Shown: positions 1 to 13,842 of the stretch, piece after piece
How positions within the stretch are numbered: position 1 is the first letter of the stretch
How the letters are laid out: each line of letters opens with the position of its first letter
From: the human T2T-CHM13v2.0 reference genome, Homo sapiens
Strand: one strand, 5' to 3'
NCBI RefSeq assembly: GCF_009914755.1
Contig: NC_060933.1
Length of the DNA stretch: 64,000 bases
Notes under the pieces: generated by a model
Databases searched by the model: none
Seen by the model: only the letters and a program-made list of their open reading frames with translations
Told to the model about the DNA's origin: nothing
Program-made: the position numbers and the translations under genes

Positions 1-475
1 TGGATGCACAGAAATCAAGAATTGAGGTTTGGGAACATCTGCTTAGATTTCAGAAGATATATGGAAACACCTGGATGCCCATGCAAAAGTTTGCTGCAGA
101 GATGGGGCCCTCATTGATAACCTCTGCTAGGGCAGTGAGGAAGGGAAATGTTGGGTGGGAGCCCCCACACAGAGTCCCTACTGGGGCACCGCCTGGTGGA
201 CCTGTGGGAAGAGGGCCACCATCCTCCAGACCTCAGAATGTTAGATCCACCAACAACACCATGTGCCTGGGAAAGCCACAGACACTCAACACCAGCCCAC
301 AAAAGCAGCCAGAAGGCAGGCTATATCCCGCAAAGCCACAGGGGCAGAGCTGCCCAATACCATGGGAACCCACCTCTTGCATCTGCATGATCAGGATGTG
401 AGACATGGAGTCAAAGGAGATCATTTTGGAGCTTTAAGATTTGGCTGCCCCTCTGGATTTTGGACTTGCATGGGG
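1..475 (+). mobile_element. THE1-type MaLR internal sequence fragment (THE1-int), runs off the window start
   Basis: Characteristic MaLR-int motifs (gagcccccacacagagtccctactggggcac; gagacatggagtcaaaggagatcattttggagctttaagattt). Ends abruptly at tgcatgggg with no 3' LTR. Confidence 0.85.
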
Positions 476-919
476 TTAAGAAATGAAAAGCATAAAAATT
501 GAAAAGTGAAAAGAAAAAATATTTTTATTCACAGAACGTATATTGTATATGAAGAAAATCCTAATATATTTATTTAAAAAGCTGTGAATAATAAGAATCA
601 AATTCAATAATGGTGCAGAATGTGTAGAATGCAAGGTCAATACACAAAATACAATATGGAAAATTAATGGAATTTCTAAATACTAGAAATAAACAATTGA
701 GAATACATTTAAAAGTAAAATTTTAATGGTATAAAAATAGTTAAGAATAATTTAAGTGAAACCTTTAAAAATCTTTCACACTAAAACTTTTTAAAATTTC
801 TTGTAGAGAAACATTACAGAAGACTTAAATAAATGTAAAGATCTACCATGTTCATAGATTTGAAGATGCAACATTGATGTGAATTCTCTGGAAGTTAATC
901 TTTAGAATCAATGCAGTAG

Positions 920-1230
<311 letters not shown>

Positions 1231-2138
1231 TCAATGCAATCTATAGTTTGTAATTTATTAACTACAATGAATTCTATATCTATTTACTACAACTCTGTAG
1301 TAAATTGTGGCAAACATTTTGAGAGAAATTCACAAGCTGTTTCCAAAATTTGTTTGGAAAATTCACAGGACCTAGAATTTTGAGAAAAAAATAGAGCCAA
1401 TTTTCAGACATCTAAGAAAGCTGCAGTATCAAAGCATCATAACACAAAAATAATAAGGATAAAGAAGGGTTCAAAATTAGACCTCCACCTATGCAGTAAA
1501 TTAAATGTTTATAAGGGCATGTAGATAATTCAGTGGGGAAAGTAAGTCTTTAACAAAGGCTTTTGAAATAAATGCATTCTCATATTAAAAAAATACATGC
1601 ATCAGTCCTTTGTATACACAAAACTAGTCCAATATTTTTAATGTAGGCATAAAAATGAAAAAGCAAAATTCAGAAAGCTTTTAAAAGAAAAAAATTAAAC
1701 AATATCTGCGAGCTATTATAATAGGAAAAATATTTCTGAACAGAGAAAGCACTATCATAAGAGTAAAAATTGATAAATTGTAGATATTAATTAAAAATGT
1801 ATCCTAATAAAACTGCAAAATGTAAGAAAATATAATTTTAAGCCATAGACTGTGATAAATGTATGAGAAAAAAATTGCGTGTTCAAAACGCACAGAGTAC
1901 TCCTGAGATCCACTAAATAGTTATAAGAATCTTGAACAGGTATTTCACAAAACAAGAGATACAAGTGGCTTATAGGAATGTGAAAAGATGCTCAGTGTTA
2001 TTAGATAAGGGGAAATGCAACCAAAATGCATCGAAACTGGAAAGACTACCATTTAAAATGATAATACTAATATTGGCAAATATGTGGGGAAACTAGAAGT
2101 CGTGTCTATTTCTTGTGAGAGTGTAAAATAGAACAACT

Positions 2139-2444
2139 GGCTGGGCGCGGTGGCTCATGCCTGTAATCCCAGCACTTTGGGGGGCCGAGGCGGGCGGATC
2201 ACGGGGTCATGAGATCGAGACTATCCTGGCTAACATGGTGAAACCCCGTCTCTACTAAAAATACAAAAAAAAAAAAAAAAAATTAGCCGGGTATGGTGGC
2301 GGGCGCCTGTAGTCCCAACTAATCAGGAAGCTGAGGCAGGAGAATGGCGTGAACCTGAGAAGTGGAGCTTGCGGTGAGCCCAGATCACGCCAGTGCACTC
2401 CAGCCCAGACGACAGCGCAAGACTGTGTCTCAAAAAAAAAAAAA
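2139..2444 (+). mobile_element. AluY, full length
   Basis: AluY diagnostics atggcgtgaacc and gagcttgc, poly-A tail, degenerate TSD gaacaac. Confidence 0.92.
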
Positions 2445-2865
2445 GTGGAACAACCGCTTTGAAAAATAATTCGCTTCTCAATAAGGCCAACATACATCTA
2501 CCCTATAGCACAGCAATTTCAATTCTAGAAATTTATCCAACAAAAATAAAAGCATATATTTACACAAAAACCTGTTTGAGAATGCACCTAAGTCCTTTAT
2601 TTGTAAAAGCTAATTCTGAAAGCAATCTGAATATTCACTAACAGACTAATGAATAAGCAAACTCTGACAAATACGTAGGCAACTCAGAAATATGAGGAAA
2701 AATAAAAAAATGATACACACAAATATTTGGCTAAATCTCAAATATTTATTTATGCTAAAGAAAATAAACCAGATACACACTCACACACACATCCTGTAGG
2801 AATTCTAATTATTGGAATTTGAAGATGAACAAAATTAATCAATCATGATAGAAATTATAAGGGTT

Positions 2866-3008
2866 TAATCTGAGTTATTTGGGATGCTGAAGCCGGAGAA
2901 TCGCTTGAACCCGGGAGGCGGAGGTTGCAGTGACCTCACATTGTACCACTGCACTCTAGCCTGGGTAACAGAGTAAGACTACGTCTTAAAACAAACAAAC
3001 AAACCAAA
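2866..3008 (+). mobile_element. 5'-truncated AluS (right monomer)
   Basis: ggagaatcgcttgaacccgggaggcggaggttgcagtg with a (CAAA)n tail. Flanked by agaaattataagggttt / agaaattatacaggttt (TSD). Confidence 0.88.
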
Positions 3009-3271
3009 GAAATTATACAGGTTTGCCTCTGAAGAAGAGAAGAGAAGTTTGAATAAGCACAATAGTATTTTCTAGATTTAGTGTAATTAGCTAAATATAT
3101 CAATTTATAAAAAGTATGAAACCACATTTTTGACACGTTTATTATATTTAAAATATAGCGCAATAAAATAAGGTTAGGAAATGATTGCATATTAATCTCT
3201 GAGAGGAAGAATGTTATCTGTTGGTAGAATTAATAAAGTTACTCATTTCTTATAAGAAGTAAAGATATATT

Positions 3272-3567
3272 GGCCGGGTGCGGTGGCTCGCGCCTATAAT
3301 CCCAGCACTTTGGAAGGCTGAGGCAGGCGGATCACAATGTCAAGAGATTGAGACCATCCTGGCTAACACGGTGAAACCCTATCGCTACTAAAAATACAAA
3401 AAATAAGACGGGCGTGGTGGCGGGCACCTGTAGTCCCAGCTATTCAGGAGGCTGAGGTAGGAGGACAGCGTGAACTTGGGAGGCAGAGCTTGCAGTGAGC
3501 CGAGATCATGTCACTGCACTCCAACCTGGGCTGCAGAGTGAGACTCCGTCTCAAAAAAAAAAGAAAA
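3272..3567 (+). mobile_element. AluY-like, full length
   Basis: Dimeric Alu with gagcttgc. Perfect 17-bp TSD aagaagtaaagatatat (3254-3270 and 3568-3584). Confidence 0.93.
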
Positions 3568-4424
3568 AAGAAGTAAAGATATATCTATTAACCCGTATAG
3601 GTATATATAAGCTAAAAACAACCATTCAACTTTTGTGGGCATAGTAGTCTGTGTCAGGCATTTTTGTATAAATCATAAACATTTAATTCTCATTCAAATA
3701 ATAAATATATTATCTCACGGTTATAAAGGTATAATAAGTACAATTTTAAAAAATAGACAAACTTTTCTGAATATTTCCAGTACAGTGGTATATCATTTTT
3801 TTCCGATAGAATAAATAGAAAAATACTCAAACTGTGGGTAATATTTTGCAGAAAATGAATTAGTTACACTTATTCAAGTTGAATTATTCTAGTTCCTCAA
3901 TTTTATATTCCAGAAAAATATATGCTGACTATATTTTTAATGCTTTTTTTTATTAGAGAAGTTTGTTTATTGATATGTGCATCGCTTTTACTAATTCAGT
4001 TTTGAGCAAGGTGTGACTCTTTATTCAATTTTCCAAAGAGTTCCAAACCAAAACTTGTGGATTTCCAGTTGATCTGTATATCACCTTGCCACCTCTGGCT
4101 TTTTTCTCTCTAATACAGGTATAAGAATAACATTTAACAATAAATGATTTGTGAAGCCAGTTCAAAAATGTTCATGCTATATTAATCAACTTGATAAAAT
4201 GCATTAAATTTATGAATTTCTACAGGTTTGTTAGTGCCTGGAATCTGTAGGTAGAGACACCCATAAAAAAGTCTTATAATATAAGCTATATAACTTAGTG
4301 AAAAATCAATAAGGCATACTAATGTTTGCATAGGATGAAAACCTGGTCATATTAATTTTTCTGAGAAAATAATCTCAAATGAAAAATCACTTCCCTAAAG
4401 CATTATTTGTTTTTATATCAGATT

Positions 4425-4597
4425 TATTTCAGTTCAACCAACATTGCACGCTCTAAGTATTAGATATTGTGATTGGTCCTGGGAATGCTAAGATAAAAAT
4501 TTCTCCTTTTCTAACCTTGAATTCACAGAGAGGTAGAAGCAAGAGAAGCATAAACATATAATTTCAATGCAATATGGTAAGTAAAATGATAGTGGTA
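4425..4597 (-). mobile_element. L2 3'-end fragment
   Basis: Degenerate similarity to the reverse complement of the L2 3' end (ttcaaccaacatt...ctgggaatgctaagat...ataatttcaatgcaatatggtaagt). Confidence 0.5.
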
Positions 4598-4800
4598 CTT
4601 TTTCTGAATTTTCAGATATCAATTATTTATTTATAAACAGTTCTTTAGAGGGTGATTTATTTTCTCTATAGATGTCAACAAGATACACTTGCCTTGTATG
4701 GCAAAAATAAATTAATTTTAGCTTTGTGCAGATACATCCTATTGAGTTACAAAGTGATGCTATCAAACACCATTGACAACAACAAATTCAGGATTTATGG

Positions 4801-4910
4801 CTCTCTTTGTCTCTGTTTCTCTCTCCTTCTCTCTCTCTCTCTCTGTGTATATATATACATATATGTATATTATACATATATAGTTTAGGATACATGTGTA
4901 TTTATATATA
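4801..4910. repeat. (TC)n followed by (TA)n/(TG)n low-complexity microsatellite
   Basis: Directly visible dinucleotide runs. Confidence 0.8.
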
Positions 4911-5337
4911 ATTTTATTTTTTAGAACAAAATTAAACATAAAGTGTCTTTAAATGAAAGTCTGTGTTTGTAACACAATCTTATGACATCAGCATTAAAAA
5001 GGCTATTCAGAACACTTCCTCAAATTGAAACTATTACCAATACTGAGTTAAATATTTTAGGACTACTTCATTATCTAGGAAATTTGAGAAGCAAATTAAC
5101 TCTTTGCTCAGAGTATTGTGATACCATATCTTTTCTTGTAAAATAAGATATTGTTTAATTATAAAATATTGTCAAATTTCTGAAAAAGTGTTTATATAAG
5201 TGTTAGGAATATGTTAGCCCTGGGAGCCATGTGTTACTTATCATTGTACAGATCTTCTTGCTGACACAACTGGGTATGGTAGACGGCCTGATATGATTAA
5301 CTGCAAGTAAAGCAGAAATTATTAAAAACAATATTGA

Positions 5338-5645
5338 GGCCAGGCAAGGTGGCTCATGCCTGTAGTTCCAGCACTTTGGGAGGTCGAGGCAGGTGGATCA
5401 CGAGGTCAGGCATTCAAGACTAGCCTGACCAAGACGGTGAAACCCCGTCTTTACTAAAAATACAAAATTAGGTGGGCATGGTGGTGGGTTCCTGTAATCC
5501 CAGGCTGAGGAAGATAATTGCTTGAACCCAGAAGGTGGAGGTGGAGGTTGCAGTGAGTCGAGATCACACCACCGCACTCTAGCCTGGGTGACAGAGTAAG
5601 ACAACGTCTCAAAAACAAAAACAAAAACAAAACAAACAAACAAAC
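5338..5645 (+). mobile_element. AluS with small internal deletion and (CAAAA)n-type tail
   Basis: Dimeric Alu lacking the ctactcggga segment. Confidence 0.9.
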
Positions 5646-5839
5646 TAAATTAACTGGATGTTAAATGTGGTTTCTTTACATTTACCAGAATTTCTGCCAA
5701 GGTCCTAATGGCCCCAAATAATAGGTGCTACATTATCAAGCAGATATATCAAGAGATTGTGATAATGTTAATGAAACCCCTTTGCTCATCACTCATTTCC
5801 AAAATTTATATTTTCAAAGGGAATTTTGTACAGAGTTCC

Positions 5840-6200
5840 TAAAAAAAGGGATCATGATGCCAGTGTATTGCCTCACTGATTGCTAAATGAAGAGGACTAT
5901 ACTGAAGCATTCAAAGAACGTGATGTGCCTCTGGGGCAACTGAAGGATTGCTATCTGACTTATGCATTTAAAACCTTCAAAGTGGAAGTTTGTCTGGAAT
6001 GGCTTAGGCAAACAGACTGGGTTGGATTGAGAATTGAATGTATACATAAAATTTGGTTTGGTCAGATGAGAACACCAAATGTGGTAGCTAGCTCACCTTT
6101 ATTTATGAGATTGTTATGGGGTTGATTTGTCTTGAAAGAATCAAATCTAAGAGAAATGTTTGGAATGGCTAGATGATCCTAACAGAAGAAATCTTACAGG
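5840..6200 (-). mobile_element. L2 internal fragment
   Basis: Degenerate L2-like purine-rich text (aaacagactgggttggattgagaattgaatg). Confidence 0.4.
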
Positions 6201-6600
6201 TCTTTACTGCTAAACCTAAGGAGATGAGAGTAAACAGTAAGTGGCCAACTCAAAGAAGCATGGACTATGTTGAAACATGGACTATAGCTGCAATTTCCCA
6301 GTGGTGCAGTTTTCAAGTGTTTTACCCCAGGAGAGAAAAAAATAAATAAATGAAAAGTAGCCATTTCACCATTCAGAGGATACTGTTGCCCAGTGAAAAC
6401 TGCATGAATTATGTAATAGTTTTATGCTTGTTTCCCCCACTCACCATTCCAAAACTGTAAGACTTCAAGATAGAACAGGAGGTATGAAATTTTAACAGCA
6501 CATAAAAAAATAGTGAACATTCTATCCCCGCACTTCATTGCCATTACTAAGGCTAAGGCAGGGCTGAGTTTAGAATGCAGCAAAGCTTTGAAATGTATAA

Positions 6601-7153
<553 letters not shown>

Positions 7154-7754
7154 ACAAATTTTCTTTTACCTTGGAAAACATATATGCAAATATACTTGTC
7201 AACTATCCGACAAAGGTCTTCGGTATGTATGTATGGATTCATTGAACTTTGTTTCTTTTTACATAATGAATATTTTATGATTTTTAGCTTTGGTTTTTTG
7301 AAATGAACCAATAAATTGAAGAGACACAAGAAGTAATATGTGTGTAAATACCAGCACGCTTAGCCCCTCAAATAAACCTCTTACAGGTGTCTGACTCCTC
7401 AATCCAATTTGATATTTTTTCAGAACTTGTCTTTATCATTTATTTACATTCTGCTTCATTTTCTGATTTGTTTTTTTACTTTCACACTCACTTATCATTT
7501 TTTTACACAATAGTTGTTTACTACAGTAACAATTATATCTGACATAAATGTACTGAGGAACAAAACAACCATCTTATGGCATACAAATTAGCAGTGGGAG
7601 AAGGCTAACCCCAAACATATGCCAAGCCAGGAGCCAGGAAATCCAGGGATGTGGTTAGGCAGAAACTGGGAAGACACTTTATAGCGATTCCTATCTTTGT
7701 TACAGACATGAAGGAGATAAATTATAATATGAAAAAATGGCCCTCGCAGTTCTA

Positions 7755-8252
7755 AAGAGATTAACTAAAAGTCTAGTACCTTTTAAAGATCTGAATAGGA
7801 AACACTTGTCATTTATTGTCTCTAAGGGCAGCCACTGTAAGACTTCAAAAGAACCTTGGTCTCCACAGTCTTTTATCTTAACCTGAACATTCCCTTTCTA
7901 TCATTCCCAGGTCTTGAATCAAACTCAACCAATTATCAACCAGAAAATGTTTAAATTCACCTATAGCCTGGAACCAACCCCCAAACCCCAATACCCTCCC
8001 ATCCCCCAACCCCCCTGCCAGCCCCAACCCCTCCCACCCCCACTCCCTCTGCTTTGAGTTGTCCCACCTTTCTGGATCAAACTGATGTATTTCTTAAGTG
8101 TAGTTAATTGATGTCTCATGCCTCTCTAAAATGTATAAAAGCAAGCTGCATCCCAACCACCTTGGGCACATGTTCTCAGGACCTCCTGAGTGCTGTGTCA
8201 CTGGCCATGGTTACTCATATTTGGCTTAGAATAAATCTCTTCAAATATATTT
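7755..8252 (+). mobile_element. MER4-group ERV1 LTR (MER4D/E-like), partial
   Basis: Matches remembered MER4 text: aagggcagccactgtaagacttcaaaagaaccttggtctccac ... ccaccttgggcacatgttctcaggacctcctgag ... agaataaatctcttcaaatat. Confidence 0.8.
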
Positions 8253-8733
8253 TTTTAAAGAAGAAAGAAAAAGGAAAAACAAATGCTTTTGCAGAAGCCA
8301 AGAAGAAAGTGAAGGGAAATAAATGAGAGTGGAAAAATGAGAGATCAATTGTGGTGAGATATGCTTTTTTTGGCAATTAATTGCAACAAGTGCCCAAAAT
8401 GCCAATTATAACATAGTTTGCTATCTACCATTGCTTTATTTAACTGAAGTATTCAACCATAGATATGGAAAAAAGACTGACCTAGTTTAGAAAAGTTCTA
8501 TCCTGATACATTTAAGCACTAGAGAGTATACACAAATAAAAACACAAACTTAACTTTTCTTAAAAACTTTTACTGAGTCAAATATTAAAAGAGAACACTT
8601 GTTTGTAAAGCATCTCATGAAGTTGATTTTTGATTTTTCAGTCCTTCAGTAACTAATAATCTTTATTTTGACATTGATGGTTATCCAATGGAAGAATAAC
8701 TGCAAGATATTAATAATAGAAATCATTTGCATC

Positions 8734-8993
8734 AGCCGGGTACAGTGGCTCACTCCTGTAATCCCAGAACACTGGGAGGCCAAGGTGGGCAGATCACTTC
8801 AGCCCACGAGTTGGAGACCAGCCTGGGCAATGTGGCAAAACCTTGTTTCTACTAAAGATACAAAAATTAGCTGGGCATGGCGGCATGTGCCTGTAGTCCC
8901 AGTTACTCAGGAGGCTGAGATGGGAGGATTGCATGAGCACACTGCACTTCAGCCTGGGCAACATAGTAAGATCCTGTCACACAAAAAAAAAAA
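8734..8993 (+). mobile_element. AluJ with internal deletion
   Basis: J diagnostics (cagccc..gagtt, ctgggcaa, gggaggattgc). TSD aaatcatttg on both sides. Confidence 0.88.
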
Positions 8994-10659
8994 TCATTTG
9001 TGTCAAATGATTTTTGTATCAAAGCTTTCAGAAAAAGGAGTGGAAAGAAAATTTAAAAAACTTTTGTCCATCATTCTTAGATGTCATATTCAAGTAAATA
9101 TTTCTTCAGACTTAATAAAAAAAATTGAACAATAATAACAAGTGTGATTGTATTTCCATTAACCTGAAATTTACTGCTATTTCAAATTCTACTCAATTTA
9201 GAGTTTTTAAGATTAAAAACAAGAAATATTAAATAGAAGTTACAATATTTTTGAAGTAATTGGTGAGAATTTGTTTAATAATGCCTACGTGTTTGGTAAT
9301 TTGATCTTAGTTCTACAAATTTCACTATCACAAACTCTTCCCTGTCCGTTACCTCAGCTACAAGATTTAACAGACTGTCAATGACAACTATGTCACATAT
9401 GGTAGTGCCCTTTGCTTTAATGAGGGTGATTAGCTAAAATTGATGTTCATTGCCTTAGTACAGATATACTATATTTAGATATATTTAACTCTATTACACA
9501 TACTGCAAACACATACTCTTGTTGTCTTCTACACTATTATATATTTTACTTGTTATAGTAGATATTTATTTTAGATGAATAACTAAGTATAATAAAATAG
9601 ATAGCAGAGGAATTAATTATCTCACATGGATATCATTTCACCTGATCTTGATGAACAAGGAAATGGGTGATTTACCCAGGAATAAATATAAAGTTCTGTA
9701 TGGTTTGGAAAGCACAAATGGTCACCTAATTTTGAAACACTTTAGGTAAATTCCCATTCAGAAAAACATTTATCACTTATATAACTAATGAAATGCTTAG
9801 GGGAAAGTGTTTTGGCTGTCAAAGAACCATACTTTGCTTTTAGAGACTATGTTTGTATTTGAATATTTCATAAAAACTATTTCTAAGCCAAGGGAAAAAA
9901 AAAAACTAAATAAACAGGCAAAGATCTATTATTGAAAGTGAAATATTTACATATAACCGTAGTTAGAAAAGAAGTGGAAATCAGTATGTGATTTCAGATG
10001 ATTGCATATTTTATAACTATTAGGGTTAAAGTGCATTAGAGCTTCCTGTTTGCCAGTTGCTGAGAGGCTTTGATTCAGAGGTAGCATCTGTACAAAAAGA
10101 TACTGCCATTTTTATGGTAAATGCTTTTTAAATTGAACTAGGAAGTAAATAGTTACACATTTTGAAAAAAATATGAATTTTTAAAAGTCTGTGTTTGAAC
10201 ATCAATAAAGAAACAAACGTAACTATGAATTAAGAGAAATCTAGAAATACTTTATTTAAACAAAAACATTGCAAACATTTATGTCATAATATTTACTTTC
10301 TTAAAATAGAAACAAAAGCAGTTGGAGATTTAATTCACTATAAGAAAGAAAAGCTTTTGTACATAATGTTTTCTAAGGTAGTAAATGTAAACCTAAGTAA
10401 CATGGCATGGAATGAAAATAAATTACTGAGAATGGCTTTGTATTGATTACGTATGTTCTGAAATTTTTCCGTATTGAAACAAATCTACACAGTGGAGGAA
10501 AATATGTACTTAAAACTGGCATCTTATGTGATTAGTGTATTACATACATACAAATTTGCAATAGTCTCTGAAGAGAAAATGAGATTTCTACATTTTCCAT
10601 TTCCAATTCAGTCCAGTCATTTTGGTGTATTTCTCTGATAGTGTCTCTATTAAAATGTA

Positions 10660-11905
10660 ATTTATTTTATTTTATTTCTATAAATTTATGGAGTGCAACT
10701 GTAATTTTGTTACATCCATAGGTTGCATAGTGAAGTCAGGATGTTCAGCATATTCATCACCTAAAAAGCATACCTTGTACTTATTAAGTAATTTCTTATC
10801 ATTTACTCCCCTCTCACTCTCCCCCAACTCTTCCAAGTCTTCATGTCCAAGTCTCTATCATTGCACACTCTATGTCCATGTGAATGCATTAATTACCTCC
10901 CATTGATAAATGAGAACATGCAGTATCTGTCTTTCTGTGTCTGACTTTCATCTAAGATAATGTCCTCCAGTTCCATCCAAACTGCTCCAAAATACATGTT
11001 TCATGAGTATATTATTTTTAAAGGCTGAATTGTATTCCACTGTGTATATCATCATATCTTCTTATCTTTAGGTGGAAATCTTTTTTATTATACTTTAAGT
11101 TCTGGGGTACATGTGCAGAACTTGCAGGTTTGTTATGTAGGTATACACGTGCCATAGTGGTTTGCTGCACTCATCAACCTGTCATCTACATTAGGTCTTT
11201 CTCTAAATGCTATCCCTCCCCTAGCCCCTTACCCTCTGACAGGCTGTGGAGTGTGATGTTCCCCTCCTTGTGTCCATGTATTCTCATTGTTCAGCTCCCA
11301 CTTATGAGTGAGAGCATGCAGTGTTTGGTTTTCTGTTCTTGTGTTAGCTTGCTGAGAATGATGTTTGCCAATTTCATTCATGTCCCTGCAAAGGACATGA
11401 ACTCATCATTTTTTATGGCTGCATAGTATTCCATGATGCATATGTGCCACATTTTCTTTATCCAGTCTATCGTTGGTGGGCATTTGGGTTGGTTCCAAGT
11501 CTTTGCTATTGTGAACAGTGCTGCAGTAAACATATGTGTGCATGTGTCTTCAGAGTAGGATGATTTATAATCCTTTGGGTATATACCCAGTAATGGGATT
11601 GCTGGGTCAAAAGGTCTTTCTAGTTCTAGATCCCTGAAAAATTTCCACACTGTCTTCCACAATGGTTAAACTAATTTACACTCCCACCAACAGTGTAAAA
11701 GCATTCCTATTGCTCCACATTCTCTCCAGTATCTGTTGTTTTCTGACTTTTTAGTGATCTCCATTCTAACTGGAGTGAGATGGTACCATCTCACATTTTC
11801 TTTATCAAATCATCTATTGGTGGACACTTAGGTTGATTCAGTATCTTTGCTACTGTGAATAGTGCTGGGATAAGTGCTGGTATGTTTATGATATAAGGAT
11901 TTCAA
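10660..11905 (-). mobile_element. L1PB-type 3' end, split by a younger L1PA
   Basis: L1PB 3' UTR text (aattttgttacatccataggttgcatagtgaagtcagg) at 10660-11050, resuming at about 11792-11905 (cacattttctttatc...ggacacttaggttgattc). Confidence 0.75.
11081..11785 (-). mobile_element. L1PA7/8-like 3' fragment (~700 bp), nested in the L1PB
   Basis: ttattatactttaagttctggggtacatgtgcagaac 3' end. ORF 11378-11662 translates as L1 ORF2 C-terminus ([15 protein letters not shown]...WNQPKCP). Confidence 0.92.
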
Positions 11906-12234
11906 ATAGACTGTAAGAGTGTAAAAAGTTTCCACTGAACTTTGGACTGGAAATATGATAAGAGAAGATCCTTTCACTAATAGAGGTGGAGCGTTAAGAG
12001 ATAAAATCGATAACTAATTTTATGCTGCACTAAACAGGGAAGAAAGAGAAAGTGAATAAAAAGCAAGTTTTGTGGTCGGCCAGGTTTTGGATTACATAAC
12101 GAAAATAGACAAACATACTTTGTTAAGCATATTGCATAACCTATGCTACTTTCAGCTTATTTATATTCATTTAATCCCTCATTCAACTTAATATAATATC
12201 CTCTTTTCCTTCCTGGCTTTCTACCTGCCTGTTC

Positions 12235-12830
12235 TCATTCATTAACTTGTTTTAGCCAATGAGTCATGAGTAGCTACTCTGTTCAGGCATTGTTCTCAGT
12301 TCTAGTGATACAGTAGCATACAATTTTAACAAAATATCGACCTCATGAAGCTACATTTTAGAGGAAGGAACTCAGTGAACAAGTCAACAGAAAAATATAA
12401 AATATTTTAGAATACAAATAATTGGTATGAAGGAAAACCAGTCAAATGAGGGGTAAGACATATTCAAGGTAGAGAACAATCTACAATTACACTGAGCCCT
12501 GAACAAAGAGAGAAAATAAGCTATACATAAATTTGGGGAAGAACATTTCAGCAAGAGGGAAGTGTACAGGCTCTAATGAAATCAAAAAGCTAGTGTATTC
12601 CAAAAAGAGCAAAAAATCATTATGCTTGAAATTGAATTGAATGAGCAATGAGAAGAATAGTAAAAATGAGATCAAACAATAATCTAGAGCTAGATCAGAA
12701 AAAAGTCTAAAAGCTAAAATGAAGGTATGCATCTTATTCTAGAGTGTGAAGAGATCTGATCAGGAGAACTACATGATCTGATTACTATTTCAAAATAAGG
12801 ATTCTTGATGCTATTTGGAAAATGATGGCC
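12235..12830 (-). mobile_element. L2a fragment
   Basis: Degenerate reverse complement of the L2 3' region (ctactctgttcaggcattgttctcag...ctcatgaagctacattttag...gaagaacatttcagcaagaggg). Confidence 0.6.
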
Positions 12831-13524
12831 TACTATAATGATAAGAGATTATTTTAAATATGTAGTAATGAGATAAAATTACATGAATGAATGTTTTTAT
12901 TTATAATGAGCATACCAGTGTGTAGCCTCTTTAGTACTTGTATACTTGGAAGCAGTTTATTCTCTGAAGATTTTTTTTTATTTCTTCTCTAACTTGTTTA
13001 TTCTTTTTAAATTTAATGTCAATATAATATGTTTTAACTTTAAAAATTTAGGTGCCTTATGAGTGGAATCTCAGTTAAAAAATGTTATTATTCAGTAGGT
13101 ACTAAATTGAGTTCCTGTTTTACTTTACAAACCAAGCACCATAGGTTATTACAGAAAACCATTATAAGTCAAATTTTTTAAAAGTTTCTTCAGTGAAGTA
13201 GACATTACAAAAGTTATATTTAAACACAACACTATGAACTCAAGTCACAGAGGCAAAGAGAAACTATTGTATTTGCTTTGAGCATCTACACATTGTAAAA
13301 AAGGTTATTGAATGCAATTCAAATCTAACTTCATCTGAGGATAACCCCAGGCACTTTGTGCCTGTATTTCTTGTAGTTTTGTACTGACTATTGGAAACTC
13401 ATTCAGTTTTGCCTTAAAGCACCCAGTAACCTATGAACAAAATGCATAAAAACTATTACATGATGTTCAGCCTTTGTAGACTAAACACAACAGGTATATG
13501 CAATTGCATAGTGCTGATGATTCA

Positions 13525-13562
13525 CAAAAACAAAACAAAACAAAACAAAACAAAACAAAAAA
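13525..13562 (+). repeat. (CAAAA)n pentanucleotide microsatellite
   Basis: About 7 units, directly visible. Confidence 0.9.
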
Positions 13563-13714
13563 CTCTGTCCTGAGACTGATTTGTGAAAATAACTATTTAA
13601 TCTAAAAATAAACTAAAGAGTGAAAATGAGAATTAGCAAATAGAGTTGAAGGTGTGTCTCAAAATGGATTGTATTTTATATAGCCTTTTACTATAATTAT
13701 TCTTATAACAGGGC

Positions 13715-13842
13715 TTGTTTTCCTCTATTAGACTGCAAATGTGTTGGTTACTGAGGCGGTTGCACTTGTTTTTGTATCACTTATGAAACCTAGTATAGTG
13801 CTTTGTATTATAGTAATCATTCATTAGATATTATGTGAATGA
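13715..13842 (+). mobile_element. L2 3' terminus
   Basis: ctattagactgcaa...cctagtatagtgctttg...tgaatga pattern. Confidence 0.5.

Noticed and set aside
75-502. Overlapping ORFs of 63-108 aa at the window start (and 63798-63995)
   Set aside because: They lie wholly in THE1-int repeat sequence, which is GC-richer and poor in stops. No evidence of a host gene.
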